A stretch of 64,000 nt of DNA from Octopus sinensis (GCF_006345805.1 NC_043004.1:70184001-70248000); one strand, 5' to 3'; shown: positions 23,695 through 36,963, counted from the stretch's first letter. A program made the numbers and translations. Notes: generated by a model not told the origin, from the sequence alone.

Positions 23695-26600
23695 CATATG
23701 TGTAATGTGCATGTAGAACCTATTAGTTAAGGCAAAATCTAACTTCCTTTGCGGCAATCTTATTTTAAGATATCTAGATCGTACGGCTGTTTGTTTTTAA
23801 GGGATATCTCAATGATATAATTGCTGTATGTATTTTTATCATATCTCACAGCAGACAGAAAGTTATTCAAAGCACTGCACGATGGGTAAATATTACCTGA
23901 CTCATATATTTTGATATTATATTCTTCATTCCTCTCCCTGCTTCCTAAAAGTACATTATAACTGAGGTCTGTCATTGGAAAACTAAACTAAACACTACCT
24001 TTACCTTACCACCAATAATTAATATTTCCTCAGTAATAGACAAAATTCTGGCTGTGTGGATGAGAGGCTTGCTTCCCAACCATGAGGTCTTGGGTTCAGT
24101 CCCACTGTGCAGCATGTTGGCCAAGCGTCTTCTACTTTCTACTATAGCCTGGGCCAACCAAATCCTTGTGAAGAGTGTGATTTGAGAAACATCTGGCTGT
24201 TATATCTAGCAAATTGAGTGGTTCCCATAACAACAGAAGGCTGCCATAGTAGTTTCATTAATGTTATAAATAGAAATGGATTTGGGAAAACTTTAGTAAA
24301 TAATTTAATACTGATTTCAAATTTTGGCACAATGCCAGCATATTTGAGGGAGTGGGGTAAGTCAAATTACATCGACCCCAATACTCAGCTGGTACTTATT
24401 TTATCAACTCTGAAATGTATGAAAGGCAAAGTCAACCTTGATGGAATTTGAAGTCAGAATATAAAGACAGACAAAATGCTGCTAAGTATTTTGCCTGGCA
24501 TGCTAAAGATGCTGCCAGCTCGCCGCCTTAGTAAATAATGGTAATATTATTGTTGTGGCTGTTGTTCAGCTTCAGGTCAGTCCTGATCCAGCAGAAAATT
24601 CTGATCAAAGGATTTCCAGTCATGGCCATCTCATCCTCTTTTCAGACATAGAATTATGTTATATTTTGTGTCCTTCTTTCCTGTTCTTACTTAGCATCAG
24701 CTTAGGTCCCAAACTAGCAAACCTAGAACCAAAATTATCCCCCAGCTGTGACCATCTTGTCTTTATTTCAGATAAAATGTATCTATGATTACATTATCAA
24801 ATGTGTCCTACCATTTTTTTTTAAATATAGGATGTGATGTGAGGGAGTTTTGGGTGCTATTTTTACCAGGTTACACAACTGAGTAGAGGCTCATTCATAG
24901 GTAAAGCAACCTATGGTTGTACATGGAAGCACACTCATACATACACACCTCCCACAAGTATTCATATGTCCAGTATCTGAGGGCAATTTGACTGTTATTT
25001 CTAGCAAGTCAAATGACTATATAGAAATTCTTTTGTTGGCTTGATGTGTAATATTTTGTTCTATAGTTGGAATACCTAGTGTAATGTTCTTCTTATACTA
25101 ATGGTAAGCTCCTAGCAAACAAAGTTAGCAATAAAGGTTCAATTCCATGTTCAGCAATTCTTTTAATCTCACTTTTAGTACCTGTTATTAATGCTGCTCT
25201 ATCCTGAGAGTAACTCTACTGAACAAAGGAGCCATTATATGGTAGCTCACTTTGCTAGAAATAGCAGTCAAATTTACCCCAACCACAGCCTAACATTTTT
25301 TTTTTAAAAAAAGAAGAAAGGATTCATTGAATTATTTAGTCTTAGATGAGTTGGTCAGATTTGGAGTGCCTTTGCTTAATCAAAATTGATGTATGAAATA
25401 ATAAAAACAAGAATCCCAGACACATAACATGAAAAGGAACCTTTAATGGTGTCCCAATGATCCTTTGAGGATAAGACATTTTCATCCCTAAATAACCTGA
25501 CATTTAGAATTCTGTAGATGGGGTTTTTTTGCTTCACAGATGACACATAGGGAAATTTTGGCTGGGAACACTTAATATCATGGGAGCAGGGATCATTTCA
25601 AGTAGGCTGGTACATATAAAATTCTAAAATGTCAGAATACCCATAGAAAATAGTAATGAGGGGTTGATAAGAATGGGAACTGAACTTTACTGAGACCTAA
25701 ACCCCAGAACTTTTATGAGATGACAAATATTCAGGACATTTTTATATTAATTACACTTTTAGAACTAATTAGACATCTAAGGTTATAGAGATATTCCACC
25801 CTTTATTTATTTATTGGTATGAGAAGCCTGCTTCGCAATCATATGATTTTGGGTTCAGTCCCAGTGTGTGGAACCTTGGGCAAGTGTCTTCTACTACAGC
25901 CCTGGGAAAACCAATGCCTTGTGAGTGAATTTGGTGGGTGGAAACTGTATGGAAGCATATTGTATATATGTTTGTGTGTGTGTATGTGTGTCTTTTTGGC
26001 AGTGTTTGTTCTCACCACTGCCGGTGTTGATGTGTTTACAACCCTGTAACTTAGTGGTTTAGCAAAAAAGACTGATAGAATAAGTACCCAACTTCTAACA
26101 ATAAGTGCTGGGATTGATTTGCTCAACTAAACCTTTTAAGACAGTGCTCCAGCATGGTCAAAGTCCAATGACTGAAACAAGTAAAAAGATAAAACATACG
26201 TGAATGGTTTAGACAGAACAGGAAGGGACATGCCCATAACTTTCTCAGGAACTTGGAGACTAGGAAGAGGCAAAGGTGGAGTTATCCTCAAACCAGTAGC
26301 CAGACCAAAATACCATCAACCTATTGGGTACTACTAAAAGGTAGCCAAGGCCCAGGTGATAATAGCATTAAACTGGATGATGGATTAAATCTACTGGTCA
26401 AGACCAGGAAGAGTTGAAGAACAGGCATGGTTTATCTGGTGGGATTACACAGTTTCCATGTTCAAGATTTTGCTCACAAGGCTTTGGTCAATCCAAGGTT
26501 ATTGTAGACAACACAAAACACTCACCCATGGTGTCATGCAATGAGATCAAGCAAAAGTGTACATTGAATCTTAACAACAGCCATTGAAAAGATATTTGAT

Positions 26601-29031
26601 ATTTACATTGCTTGTTAGAAATATTAAAGATTAGCCATTCTAATTTACAGAACCCAGGCAACAACACCACTTCCCCCCAACCTCTCACTTTCCCTCATAC
26701 TCAAAGAGCAAGGGTTTGAGATACCTAATTCTTTATTCTTCATGGCAACTGAACTTATTAAACCCTGCTATGAACTAAATGTTTCAGACGCAGACCATTA
26801 CCTGATCAGTAAAGATAAGATTGTTTAAGTAACCAGAATACATTAAACTTTATCTTCTCAAGTTCTCCATCCAACAACTCTATGAAAACTGGAAACCCAT
26901 GACACAACAGTCATTGGTCAAGTCACAGAGCTTGAATCATTTCAACCACACAGCCACCACCTACATACACCAACCTTTCAATGATTCAATGAGAAAGGCC
27001 TTCAGTTGCTTCAAATCCCTCTTCAGATCACACTTTGACTGCCACATGAAAAGTGTACATTAGATAATGTGATCTGGAGTATATTATTCATTAAAATAAG
27101 ACAGGATGGTCACGGAATGACTGCTCTTCATTATGGGTCTGCTCCATCAAGGATGATTTGAGAGCTAAATAACCATAAATAATTTTTATTTCAATCAAAG
27201 AGAGAAGTCTTTATGTAATCATTTGACATGGTAAAAATAATTGTTTTTTATCTCCTTTAAATTAATCCATAACAGATTAAAAAGAGAAAGACATATTGGA
27301 TACATAGACCAAATCACACAGTGTTAAAATCAAAACGTGATGGTCATGGGCAGAGTGCTTTGATCAGAGGTGGCCTGGAACTACACACCATCCTACAAAT
27401 CTACCAATGTTTCTTTCACAGATAAGTATTTCTTGACTCAGCATTGAATATCCCAGCAGGCACTAGTTCCATGGCTGGGTGGTTAAGAAGTTCATATCTC
27501 AACACCTAGCTTCAGGTTCAGATCCCCCAGCCCTGCACCTTCAAACTCCTCTCATATAAAAGAACCTTCCTTAAAAAACAATGTAAGGGTTGGCGACAGG
27601 AAGTGTATCCAGCTGTAAAAAGACCCTGCCTCAGTTTCCTTCCCTCTAAACCATGCTAGCATGGAAAACAAATGATATTAGTTGGTGTATGTTTAGGACT
27701 ACACAGCCACAGCAGGAAATGTATTAGGACATGAAATGTAAAAGCCGGACTAGACTATTTTATGCGCAACTCCATTGTCTCCCGAGACAAAAGGGATGCC
27801 AATGTTTAATCTCAGACAGGTACAACAATTTTTTTTTTATATTTAAGACAGAGGAGAACAAATGGCACCCCGGAAATTTTTCAGGGCAACTAAATTTGTG
27901 AAAGAATGGAGGGAGGAAGTTATCTGCTCACTTAGCCTGAATGCTTAAGGTGAGTGTAACCTGTACTTTGTTAGAAACCAACCAGTAAATTTATTTAGTA
28001 AATAACTACAAATCATCAAAAGCTGACAGTAAGAAAGTAGTACATATTATTTCTGATTAAGATATAATATAATATATATAAGTAATTTTAATGGGAGGAG
28101 TTAGTTAATTAAGCCACTCCTGAGTACTTGGCCAGTACTTTATTCCATTGACCCTGGAAGGATAAAAGACAATTGATTTCAGTGGGATTTGAGCTCAATG
28201 CAAAGAATCAGAAGAAATACCACAAGGTATTTCTTCTGAGGCCTAACAATTCTGCCAATCCAATCCTTTAAGATGACAATACATATAAATCAAAGATAAC
28301 AATTTAAATATAACAAAGGTTTATATTTCATTACAATTTCTTGAAAATTTCTTTTCAAGTTTCAATAAGAAACAGTTATCTCAAGCTTAAAGAATTCTTA
28401 AAGAATCTACTGAGAAGATGATATTAGGGAGATAATTCCTTTGATGACCTGACTACCATAATTATGCAAGCACCCCTGCTGCTATAACAAATAGGGTATA
28501 TAAAATAATTTTAGAAAATGGGAAATAAATTGGTTTACTGAGGGGAAGAGGAACAGTCACAGCAAAACCAATTTATTCCTTTCATTAAACCATTTATACA
28601 TACTAATGGCCAACACTAGCATCTTCAGATCCTTACTTTTTACTATATAAAACAATAGGTACTATATGTTAACTTTTCTTTTTCTTGTTTTTATGGTTTT
28701 TTTTTTTTTCCTTTTAATTACTAATTTTCTCTATTGTCATTTAACAATCTAGAGTTACTTTTATTTTGAACACCTGAAGAAGAACGATGGGAGTTTACAA
28801 TTGATTTTGCTTGAAATATACTTTCTCTTTCTCTTTGGCACTGGACATGCAAAGCGTAGACATGCTTCCTTTAAGTTCTACGACAAAATATATAGATAAA
28901 TATATAAATAAATATGATAATAAGGATGATAACAATGGTGGCAGTGATAACGACTAACATTATCATATTTGATGATCATGATGATATATATGCATATTTT
29001 CATATATGCATATATGTATGTGCGTGTATAT

Positions 29032-29092
<61 letters not shown>

Positions 29093-29096
29093 ATTA

Positions 29097-29154
<58 letters not shown>

Positions 29155-29169
29155 AATATATATATGTAC

Positions 29170-29247
<78 letters not shown>

Positions 29248-29532
29248 TGTATATGTATGTATATGTATGTATGTATATTAATGACTCTATATATATATAC
29301 AGACACACACATACATACATATTAATATATATGTTTGGATAACAAATGAGAGAAAAAGTACTAAATACCTGTAGTAGATTTTATTTATTCTTTAAAAGCT
29401 AAATCATTCACTCCAAAACTATTCTGAGGGTCTTTTCTTATTTTTTGACACATTTAAATATTTTTAGTGTCTCAAAAATTGTAGCAAGAAACACAGAGGA
29501 GCAGGAGTGATTCAACAACCTCAGACAAACAA

Positions 29533-29569
<37 letters not shown>

Positions 29570-29570
29570 G

Positions 29571-29609
<39 letters not shown>

Positions 29610-29751
29610 GTGTAGGTATCAGTTAGAGGGGTTTAATACCTCTAAGGGATAATCAAATCTAGAGTTGCTCCTGGTTATTACCTGGGTAGGTACAGTCTTT
29701 TGTAAGGTCGTATGGTTGCAGGTGGTTCGGTTGGTAAACCGGAGTTTAGGT

Positions 29752-29949
29752 TGTATAGGAGAAAAAAATGGATATAATAACAATGGAAACTCATGGTTTT
29801 GCTGGTATGTCTTTAATTAAATAGGTAACAAAGAAGGATGAAGCGAGATGCATCTCTGCCTCTTCCTTCTTTGTTACCTATTTAATTAAAGACATACCAG
29901 CAAAAACCATGAGTTTCCCATTGTTATTATATCCATTTTCTTCTCCTAT

Positions 29950-29951
<2 letters not shown>
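29752..29951. repeat. Near-perfect inverted repeat (arms about 87 bp, spacer about 25 nt) between microsatellites
   Basis: tgtataggag...aggtaacaaagaagga / tccttctttgttacct...ctcctataca. Confidence 0.85.
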
Positions 29952-30034
<83 letters not shown>

Positions 30035-30045
30035 CACACATGTTT

Positions 30046-30123
30046 GTTGACTGAAATCAACACTAGCAACTACTATGAGTTTCCTTGCAATTCTTCAGGT
30101 CACCAGTGTTGATTTCAGCCAAC
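30046..30123 (-). ncRNA. Minimal type I hammerhead-like motif with long stem I
   Basis: Minus strand gttggctgaaatcaacactggtgac-CTGAAGA-attgcaag-GAAA-ctcatag-TA-gttgctagtgttgatttcagtcaac; first stem II pair is mismatched (A.G). Confidence 0.55.
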
Positions 30124-30201
30124 TAAATTAAATTAATACTCTACTTTATGGTATTGAGTACTTTTGTTCATCATCATGACTACTAACACATAACATTATA
30201 T

Positions 30202-30234
<33 letters not shown>

Positions 30235-30427
30235 CATGTGTGGGTCTATATATGTACATATAAGCAAAGTGGCAGTGAGTTATGAGCTGCAAGGATAGGA
30301 TCATAAGGAACTGCAGTGATACTGAGGGAGTAGAAAATTGGTGAATGGTTGGATGGATGGAATGATGGTTGTGTGAATGGCAGGGAGCAGGAATTAAGCC
30401 AATGGTAGTAGCGATAGAAAGACATAC

Positions 30428-30544
30428 TGAGTCTTTGTAAGAGTAATTCAGAACTTTTCTTCGGTTATTGAAGTCTGCTGCCACTGCATTAATCTGCATA
30501 CGATGTAAATGTCTCATTCTCTGGGTTTTCTGAACTCTGGCATC
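30428..30544 (-). CDS. Probable upstream exon of the same gene (DARVQKTQRMRHLHRMQINAVAADFNNRRKVLNYSYKDS)
   Basis: Acceptor tttgatttgtctgcAG|GAT GCC, donor TCA|GTATGT, 117 nt, phase 0-0, compatible with the 13564 acceptor; non-repetitive protein-like sequence. Linkage to the PEAK exons is inferred from strand and phase only. Confidence 0.6.
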
Positions 30545-31338
30545 CTGCAGACAAATCAAATCTTTTACATCGTATTTACATGATATAGGTGTAGATTTAG
30601 AAGGAAAGTTGAGAGTAACTTCAGAGTTTCACCTGTCAGACAGCCCAACCAAAGCCAATGACCATCAAAACTTCAAAGTCACTATCAACGCATTCCATGT
30701 GTGTGTTTATAAATATATTTTATATTTAAGTGGGTTTTTAATAAATTTTTTTGTTCTTTTACTCATTTCAATCATTTGACTGTAAGCCATGCTGGAGCAC
30801 TGCTTCAGGACCAATTTTAAGCCTATTCTATTGGTCTCTTTTGCCAAACCATTAAGTTACAGGAACATAAACACACCAACATCGGTTGTCAAGTGATTCT
30901 AGGGGGACAAATACAGACACAAAGTCACACAAACACATATATATGACAGGATTCTTTCAGTTTCTGTCTACCAAACCCACTCACAAGACATTGGTCAGCC
31001 CGAGGCTATAGTAGAAAACACTTGCCCAAGGTGTCGCATAGTGGGACTGAACCCTGAACCTGGTGGTTGGGAAGCCAGCTTCTTACTACACAGCTATGCC
31101 TGTGTCTGTATATGAATATATTTAGAAGAAAAGATAACAGTAACTGTCAGACAGTTTGACAAAGCCAATGAACAACAAGACTTCAAAGTTACTGTCAACC
31201 TTTCCCTTGTGTGCGCATATAAATATGTATTGTATTTAAATATTATATATATATATTTATAATACTTAAATGAAGCTGAAACTTCACTAACCCTCTATTA
31301 TACACACAGATTCATACACATGCATATATATGTGTTTG

Positions 31339-31373
<35 letters not shown>

Positions 31374-31374
<1 letters not shown>

Positions 31375-31591
31375 TTTATTTAAAGCAGCAGAAAATTCAA
31401 CAAAACCTGTTACTCTGAGTTTCACGTTGCCGTTCATCGGACTAGCAAAACTGTCCGATGAACGGCAACGTGAACTCAGAGTAACAGGTTTTGTTGAATT
31501 TTCTGCTGCTTTAAATAAAGCATATTACTCTACCACTGGTATTTGAGTACTCTTTTTTCCACCTTGTTTCACATTTATGTGTTTACTCCGG
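31374..31591. mobile_element. Fold-back hammerhead element (same family as 55846-56020 and 4994-5203) with a hammerhead-like core on each strand
   Basis: About 69-bp near-perfect inverted arms 31374-31442 / 31453-31520; minus strand CCGATGA-acg gcaa cgt-GAAA-ctcagag-TA-acag; shared tail gagtactcaaataccag. Confidence 0.7.
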
Positions 31592-31631
<40 letters not shown>

Positions 31632-32297
31632 TATATATAAAGATAAGTGTATTTGTATGTATGATTGTATCTGACAGTGCATACTCTGTATAGCCATGTC
31701 TGAATATATGCATGCATCTGTGTGTGTGTGAGGATGTATACATCTGGGTCTGTGTGTGTGTGTGTGTGTCAGAGTGTATGTGTAAGTAAGTCAATCATTT
31801 AATATAACCCAAGGTTTCTTTCACTCATTATATATCAGCAATTCTTTGAAGATATCAAAGGACAGAAATGTATGTGGGTACTTCAGCAATGTGACATGCT
31901 ACATTAGCACAATTTTGGGGCCAATTTTTATGAAAGGATATGAGAGGAGATTAATTTACAAGGATTATCTTTTAGTTAAGTCAGTATATAGTTGTCTCTT
32001 TAGATATCGTTGTTGCTGTCAGCAGATGCTTGAAGAAACATCATATATGAAATATATATATACATATATGCTAAACAGTATAATAATTATATTATCATAG
32101 CTTATATATTCTCAGTTTAAAATTGACAATGGTACCTGTATGGAGTTTTTATTTTAATTGCATAAGGCTAGTTGCACACACCCACACACACACACAGACA
32201 CACACACACAGACAGACACACACACACACAGACACACACACACAGACACACACAAACAAACACACACACAACCATACACACACACACACACATTGTA

Positions 32298-34871
32298 GAA
32301 TCATCATCGTTTAGCGTCCGCTTTCCATGCTGGCATGGGTTGGACAGTGCAACTGGAGTCTGGGAAGCCAGAATGCTGCACCAGGCCCAGTCTGATCTGG
32401 CAATGTTTCTACGGCTGGATGCCCATCCTAATGCCAACCACTCCATGAGTGTAGTGGGTGCTTTTACGTGCCACTGGCATAGGTGCCAGACGAGGCTGGC
32501 AAACGGCCACGGTCAGACGGTGCTTTTTACGTGCCACCGGCATGGAGGCCAGGCAGGGCTGGCAACGACCACGATCGGATGGTGCTTTTTATGTGCCACT
32601 GGCACAGAGGCCAGTCGGGGCGGTGCTGGCAACAACCATGTTCAGATGGTTCTCTTATGTGCCATCGGCACTGGTATAACAGCTACAATTTCCATTGATG
32701 TTGACCGATTTTGATTTTGATTTTGATTTTCACTTGCCTCGACAGGTCTTCACAAGTAGAGTTTTGTTTCCCAAAAAGGAAAGGTATGCATAAGTGGACT
32801 GAGGCCACGGGTTAAGGTCTCACTTGTCCTGCTGGGTCTTCTCACGCACAGCATACTTCCAAAGGTCTCGGTCTCTAGTCATTTCCTCGGTGAGACCTAA
32901 AGTTCGAAGGTCGTGCTTCACCACCTCATCCCAGGTTTTCCTGGGTCTACCTCTTCCACAGGTTCCCTCAACCACAAGAGTGTGGCACTTTTTCACACAA
33001 CTATCTTCATCCATTCTCGCTACATGATCATACCAGCGCAAACGTCTCTCTTGCACACCAAAACTGATGCTTCTTAGGTCCAACTTTTCTCTCCAGGTAC
33101 TTACACTCTGTCAAGTATGAACACTGACATTACACATTCATCGGAGCATACTGGCTTCATTTCTTGTGAGCTTACGCATATCCTCAGCAGTCACGGCCCA
33201 TGTTTCACTGCCATGTAGCATGGCTGTTCATACACATGCGTCATACAGTCTGCCTTTTACTCTGAGCAAGAGGCCTTTTGTCACCAGCAGAGGTAAGAGC
33301 TCTCTGAACTTTGCCTAGGCTATTCTTACTCTAGCAGTTACACTTTCAACACACACGCCCCCGCTACTGACTTGGTCACCTAGGTAACGGAAGCTATCAA
33401 CAATTTCTAGTTTTTCTCCCTGGAATGTGGCGGAAGTTGGTCTCTGCACATTTTCAGTGTTTATTGCTCCTGAGCATCTGCCACATACAAAAACTATCTT
33501 CCTAGTTAGCCTTTCCTTGACGTTGCCACACCTCTTATGTGTCCATAGCTTACACTTGGTGCATCTTATAGAGTTTCTACCTACGCCTTTTCTACAGATT
33601 GAGCAGGGCCATCTACCTGAAGGCGTTTGTGACTTGTCTACCTTCCTACTTATTAGGACTTTGGTTTTAGCTAGGTTGACTCTAAGGCCCTTCGATTCTA
33701 ATCCTTGCTTCCACACCTGAAACTTCTCCAGTTCTGATAGTGACTCAGCAATTAGAGCAAGGTCATCAGTGTAGAGGAGCTCCCAGGGGCATTCTGTCTT
33801 CAATTCCTCTGTTATTGCCTGGAGGACTATGATAAATAGGAGGGGGCTGAGGACTGAACCTTGGGGGACCCCTACCTCTACCCGGAATTCTCCACTGTAC
33901 TCATTGCCAACCCTCACCTTACTAGCAGCATCCCTGTACATGGCTTGCACAGCTCTCACTAACCATTCATCTATCCCTAGTTTCCTCATTGACCACCAGA
34001 TAAGGGATCGGGGGACCCTGTTGAAGGCTTCCTCCGTGTCAACGAAAGCCAGGTACAGGGGCTTATCTTTGGCTAGATATTTCTCCTGCAGCTGTCTTAC
34101 CAGGAATATGGCATCAGTGGTGCTTTTCCCTGGCACGAACCCAAACTGCATCTCATCTAAACTAACTCTCTCTCTAATTAGTTGGGCTATGACCCTCTCC
34201 GTAACCTTCATTACCTGATCCAACAGCTTGATACCTCTGTAATTATTTGTATCTAGGGCGTCACCTTTACCTTTGTAGCAGTTGACTATTATGCTGCTAC
34301 ACCAGTCATTGGGTATGACTCCTTCGTGTATCACCTGGTTAACTATACGGGTGACTAGGCTATAGCCGACACTACCAGATATTTTAAGCATCTCTGCAGT
34401 AATTCCTGATGGGCCTGGGGCTTTCCCTGTCTTCATGCTTCTAATTGCCTTAACTACTAAGGAACTGTCAACTCGGGTAGCTGGTCCCTCTGTTGGGTCG
34501 ACATTCGGCAGACTCTCTTTCTCCCATTCACTTTCCTTATTTAGCAGCCTCTCGTAATGGTGTCTCCAAACCTCTCTCTTTGCATCCTCATTTAGCGCAA
34601 GTGAACTATCATCCATGCAAATACATTTCTCTCCTACCACATCACGATTCTCTCTCACACACTATCTTGCAACATGAAATACCTCAGGTCTTTAGTTCTC
34701 ACGGCGCAGAACATTGGCAAACTTTTTCTTATCTGCTTCCCCTCTGGCTAAATAAACCTGTCTCCTAGCTTCTCTTTTGGCAGCCTGATACAATTCCCTG
34801 CTACCCCCATTCTTCCAGTCCTTCCAAGCCTGTTTCTTTTCTCTAATAGCCCTGTCTACAACATTGTTCCA
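32298..34871 (-). mobile_element. 5'-truncated RTE-clade LINE with (GAT)n tail and 8-bp TSD
   Basis: RT ORF remnants 34692-34871, 33315-34658, 32820-33083; 3' UTR with about 50-bp internal repeats ending ...cggacgctaaacgatgatgat; ACATTGTA duplicated at 32290-32297 and 34872-34879. Confidence 0.9.
33315..34658 (-). pseudogene. RTE reverse transcriptase (disrupted) with embedded PHD-like zinc finger
   Basis: Motifs GKAPGPSG, NYRGIKLL, QFGFVPGKSTTDAIF, QGSVLSPLLF, LLYTDDLAL, FRYLG; Cys/His cluster CSIC...CTKCKLWTHKRC...CGRC; premature stop and frameshifts on both sides. Confidence 0.9.
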
Positions 34872-34890
34872 ACATTGTAAGAGGGCTAAC

Positions 34891-35221
34891 AACTAACAAG
34901 TGATCTCTCAAGGTAATGTACTTTAACATGCTGAATGTAGCTGTATTCACGTAACCCATTCTCCTGACTCTCATCCACCCTTTAGTTAATTCAATGGAGG
35001 TTATTACCTCTTCCTTCACTAACGTCTTCAATTCCATTTGGAACTTGAATTTGATGAAGAACTGGGCTGAAGAGGAAAAGTACCTGTCCTCATTCCTTTC
35101 AATCTTGCACACTATATGATATCCTTCAGCATTAACCACTAGACAGAATAAATCTACCTTTCCCACCAAAGAAAGTGTACAGCCATTCTCAAGAAGAACT
35201 AGGCTGAGAGCTAAATCTGTC
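34891..35221 (-). CDS. Probable further upstream exon (TDLALSLVLLENGCTLSLVGKVDLFCLVVNAEGYHIVCK...LKYITLRDHLLV), unknown globular domain
   Basis: Acceptor gttgtcttgtgtgtAG|G ACA GAT (phase 2); 110-codon open frame with globular-protein composition; phase-0 donor candidate GTT|GTTAGC at 34891 (alternative GAG|GTAATA near 35007). 3' boundary uncertain. Confidence 0.55.
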
Positions 35222-35455
35222 CTACACACAAGACAACAATGCTTGGACATGTATGCAAAAAGGTTTTGTTTGTTTGCATGCTTCTTGGACAGTCCCACCT
35301 GACAGTATTATCATGCTTGATAATCATATAAACATTATGAGTGGGATCAAACATAAAACTACATGTTACGTATGTGTATATAATTATATACAAATAATAT
35401 ATAAATATATATGTAGATGCATGTATGTGTGTACATGTATTTGTATGTGTATATA

Positions 35456-35551
<96 letters not shown>

Positions 35552-36300
35552 TCACATACACACATAGGGAGACAGTGAAATGTGCATATAAATATATGCA
35601 TGTGGAGGGGGGTGTTTGACTGAGTAATCCTAATTACTGCTGAATTTTATAAAATTGAAAATTAGCAGAAGGAAGGGTGAGTGAGTGCAAGTACAACAAG
35701 TTTCACTGAATATTGTGTTGTTGTTGTTGCTGTTCGTGTGTAAAGTATTTCCTGTCACTAACTTTAGAAAGGAAACATGAAATTATATATGGGCCTTTAT
35801 GTATTTATATTTATTTTTTTATTATTATTGTTATCCTCATTACATACATACATGTTTGTACGTATGTATGTATGTATGTATGTATGTATGTATGTATGTA
35901 TGTATGTATGTATGTATGTATGTATGTACGTACGTATGTATGTATGTATGTATGTATGTATGTATGTATGTACGTATGTATGTATGTATGTATGTATGTA
36001 TGTATGTATGTATGTTCAGGTGAAAAAGCATTAAGGATTGCATGTGGCAAAAAAAAAACAATCTCTGGGAAATATCAGTTTTGTACAAAGCTGTTTCATA
36101 GTGTAGAGTTATTTAAACAAATACAGGAACACAATCTACAGAAATATTAAGAATGCTCTCACTTTATCAATTATCATTGATATAAAATATTTTAATAATG
36201 TGTGTGTGTGTTCATAAAACATTTTCAAGAAAAAGGGCTGACACTGACTTCATATCTGTTTTTTTCTGTTTGTGAAGTTATGTATAAAAGCAATTTAATA

Positions 36301-36528
36301 TTAACCCTTTAGCATTTAAACCGGCCATAACTGTCCAAAATATTCCGTCTGTTTTATGTCCAAACTGATGAGATTCAGGCTCTCGCACCAACCCTACAAT
36401 GTTATTCTAAAAATAAACAATCGCACCATCAAAATCTCAAAGATATGAGATAATCCATGCTTAATTCAAAAAAATGTGAATCAATAAGAATTACGTGTGA
36501 CAAAATAATCTGAACGCTAAAAGGTTAA
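36301..36528. mobile_element. TTAA-flanked piggyBac-like MITE family A
   Basis: TTAA-ccctttagcatt ... aacgctaaaagg-TTAA; diverged homolog at about 49457-49682. Confidence 0.75.
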
Positions 36529-36734
36529 ACTAAAGAATTACACAACACTTCATAATGAAGTACATGGTTATTCAACTTTTACAACAAGAGAGTTGAGAGT
36601 GACTTCGAAGTTCTAGCCTGCTAGCCTTTTATTATACTATACAGGATGAACACTTCGAAGTCACTGTCACCTCCTTTCTTGTACAAGTTGAATAACCATG
36701 TACTTTACTAAGAAGTATTGATTAATTCTTTAGC

Positions 36735-36963
36735 TTAATCCTCTCGTTACTGTATTTATTTTAAGATGCTCTGTGTTTCTTTCAATTACTTCAAATATAA
36801 CAAAGAATTTAGTAAAATAACTTAGTTATCATTAAGCTAGTGTTAGGAACATAAATCGTGACTAAGGTTTGGTGGAAGAATTTAATTCAAAACTTATGAA
36901 AACCAGACATTTGTACTACAGAAGCTGAGGCAGTTTCAGTCAGGCTGGTATTGAATGGGTTAA
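36735..36963. mobile_element. TTAA-flanked piggyBac-like MITE family B, copy 2
   Basis: TTAA-tcctctcgttac ... gtattgaatggg-TTAA; homologous to 10435-10662. Confidence 0.75.
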
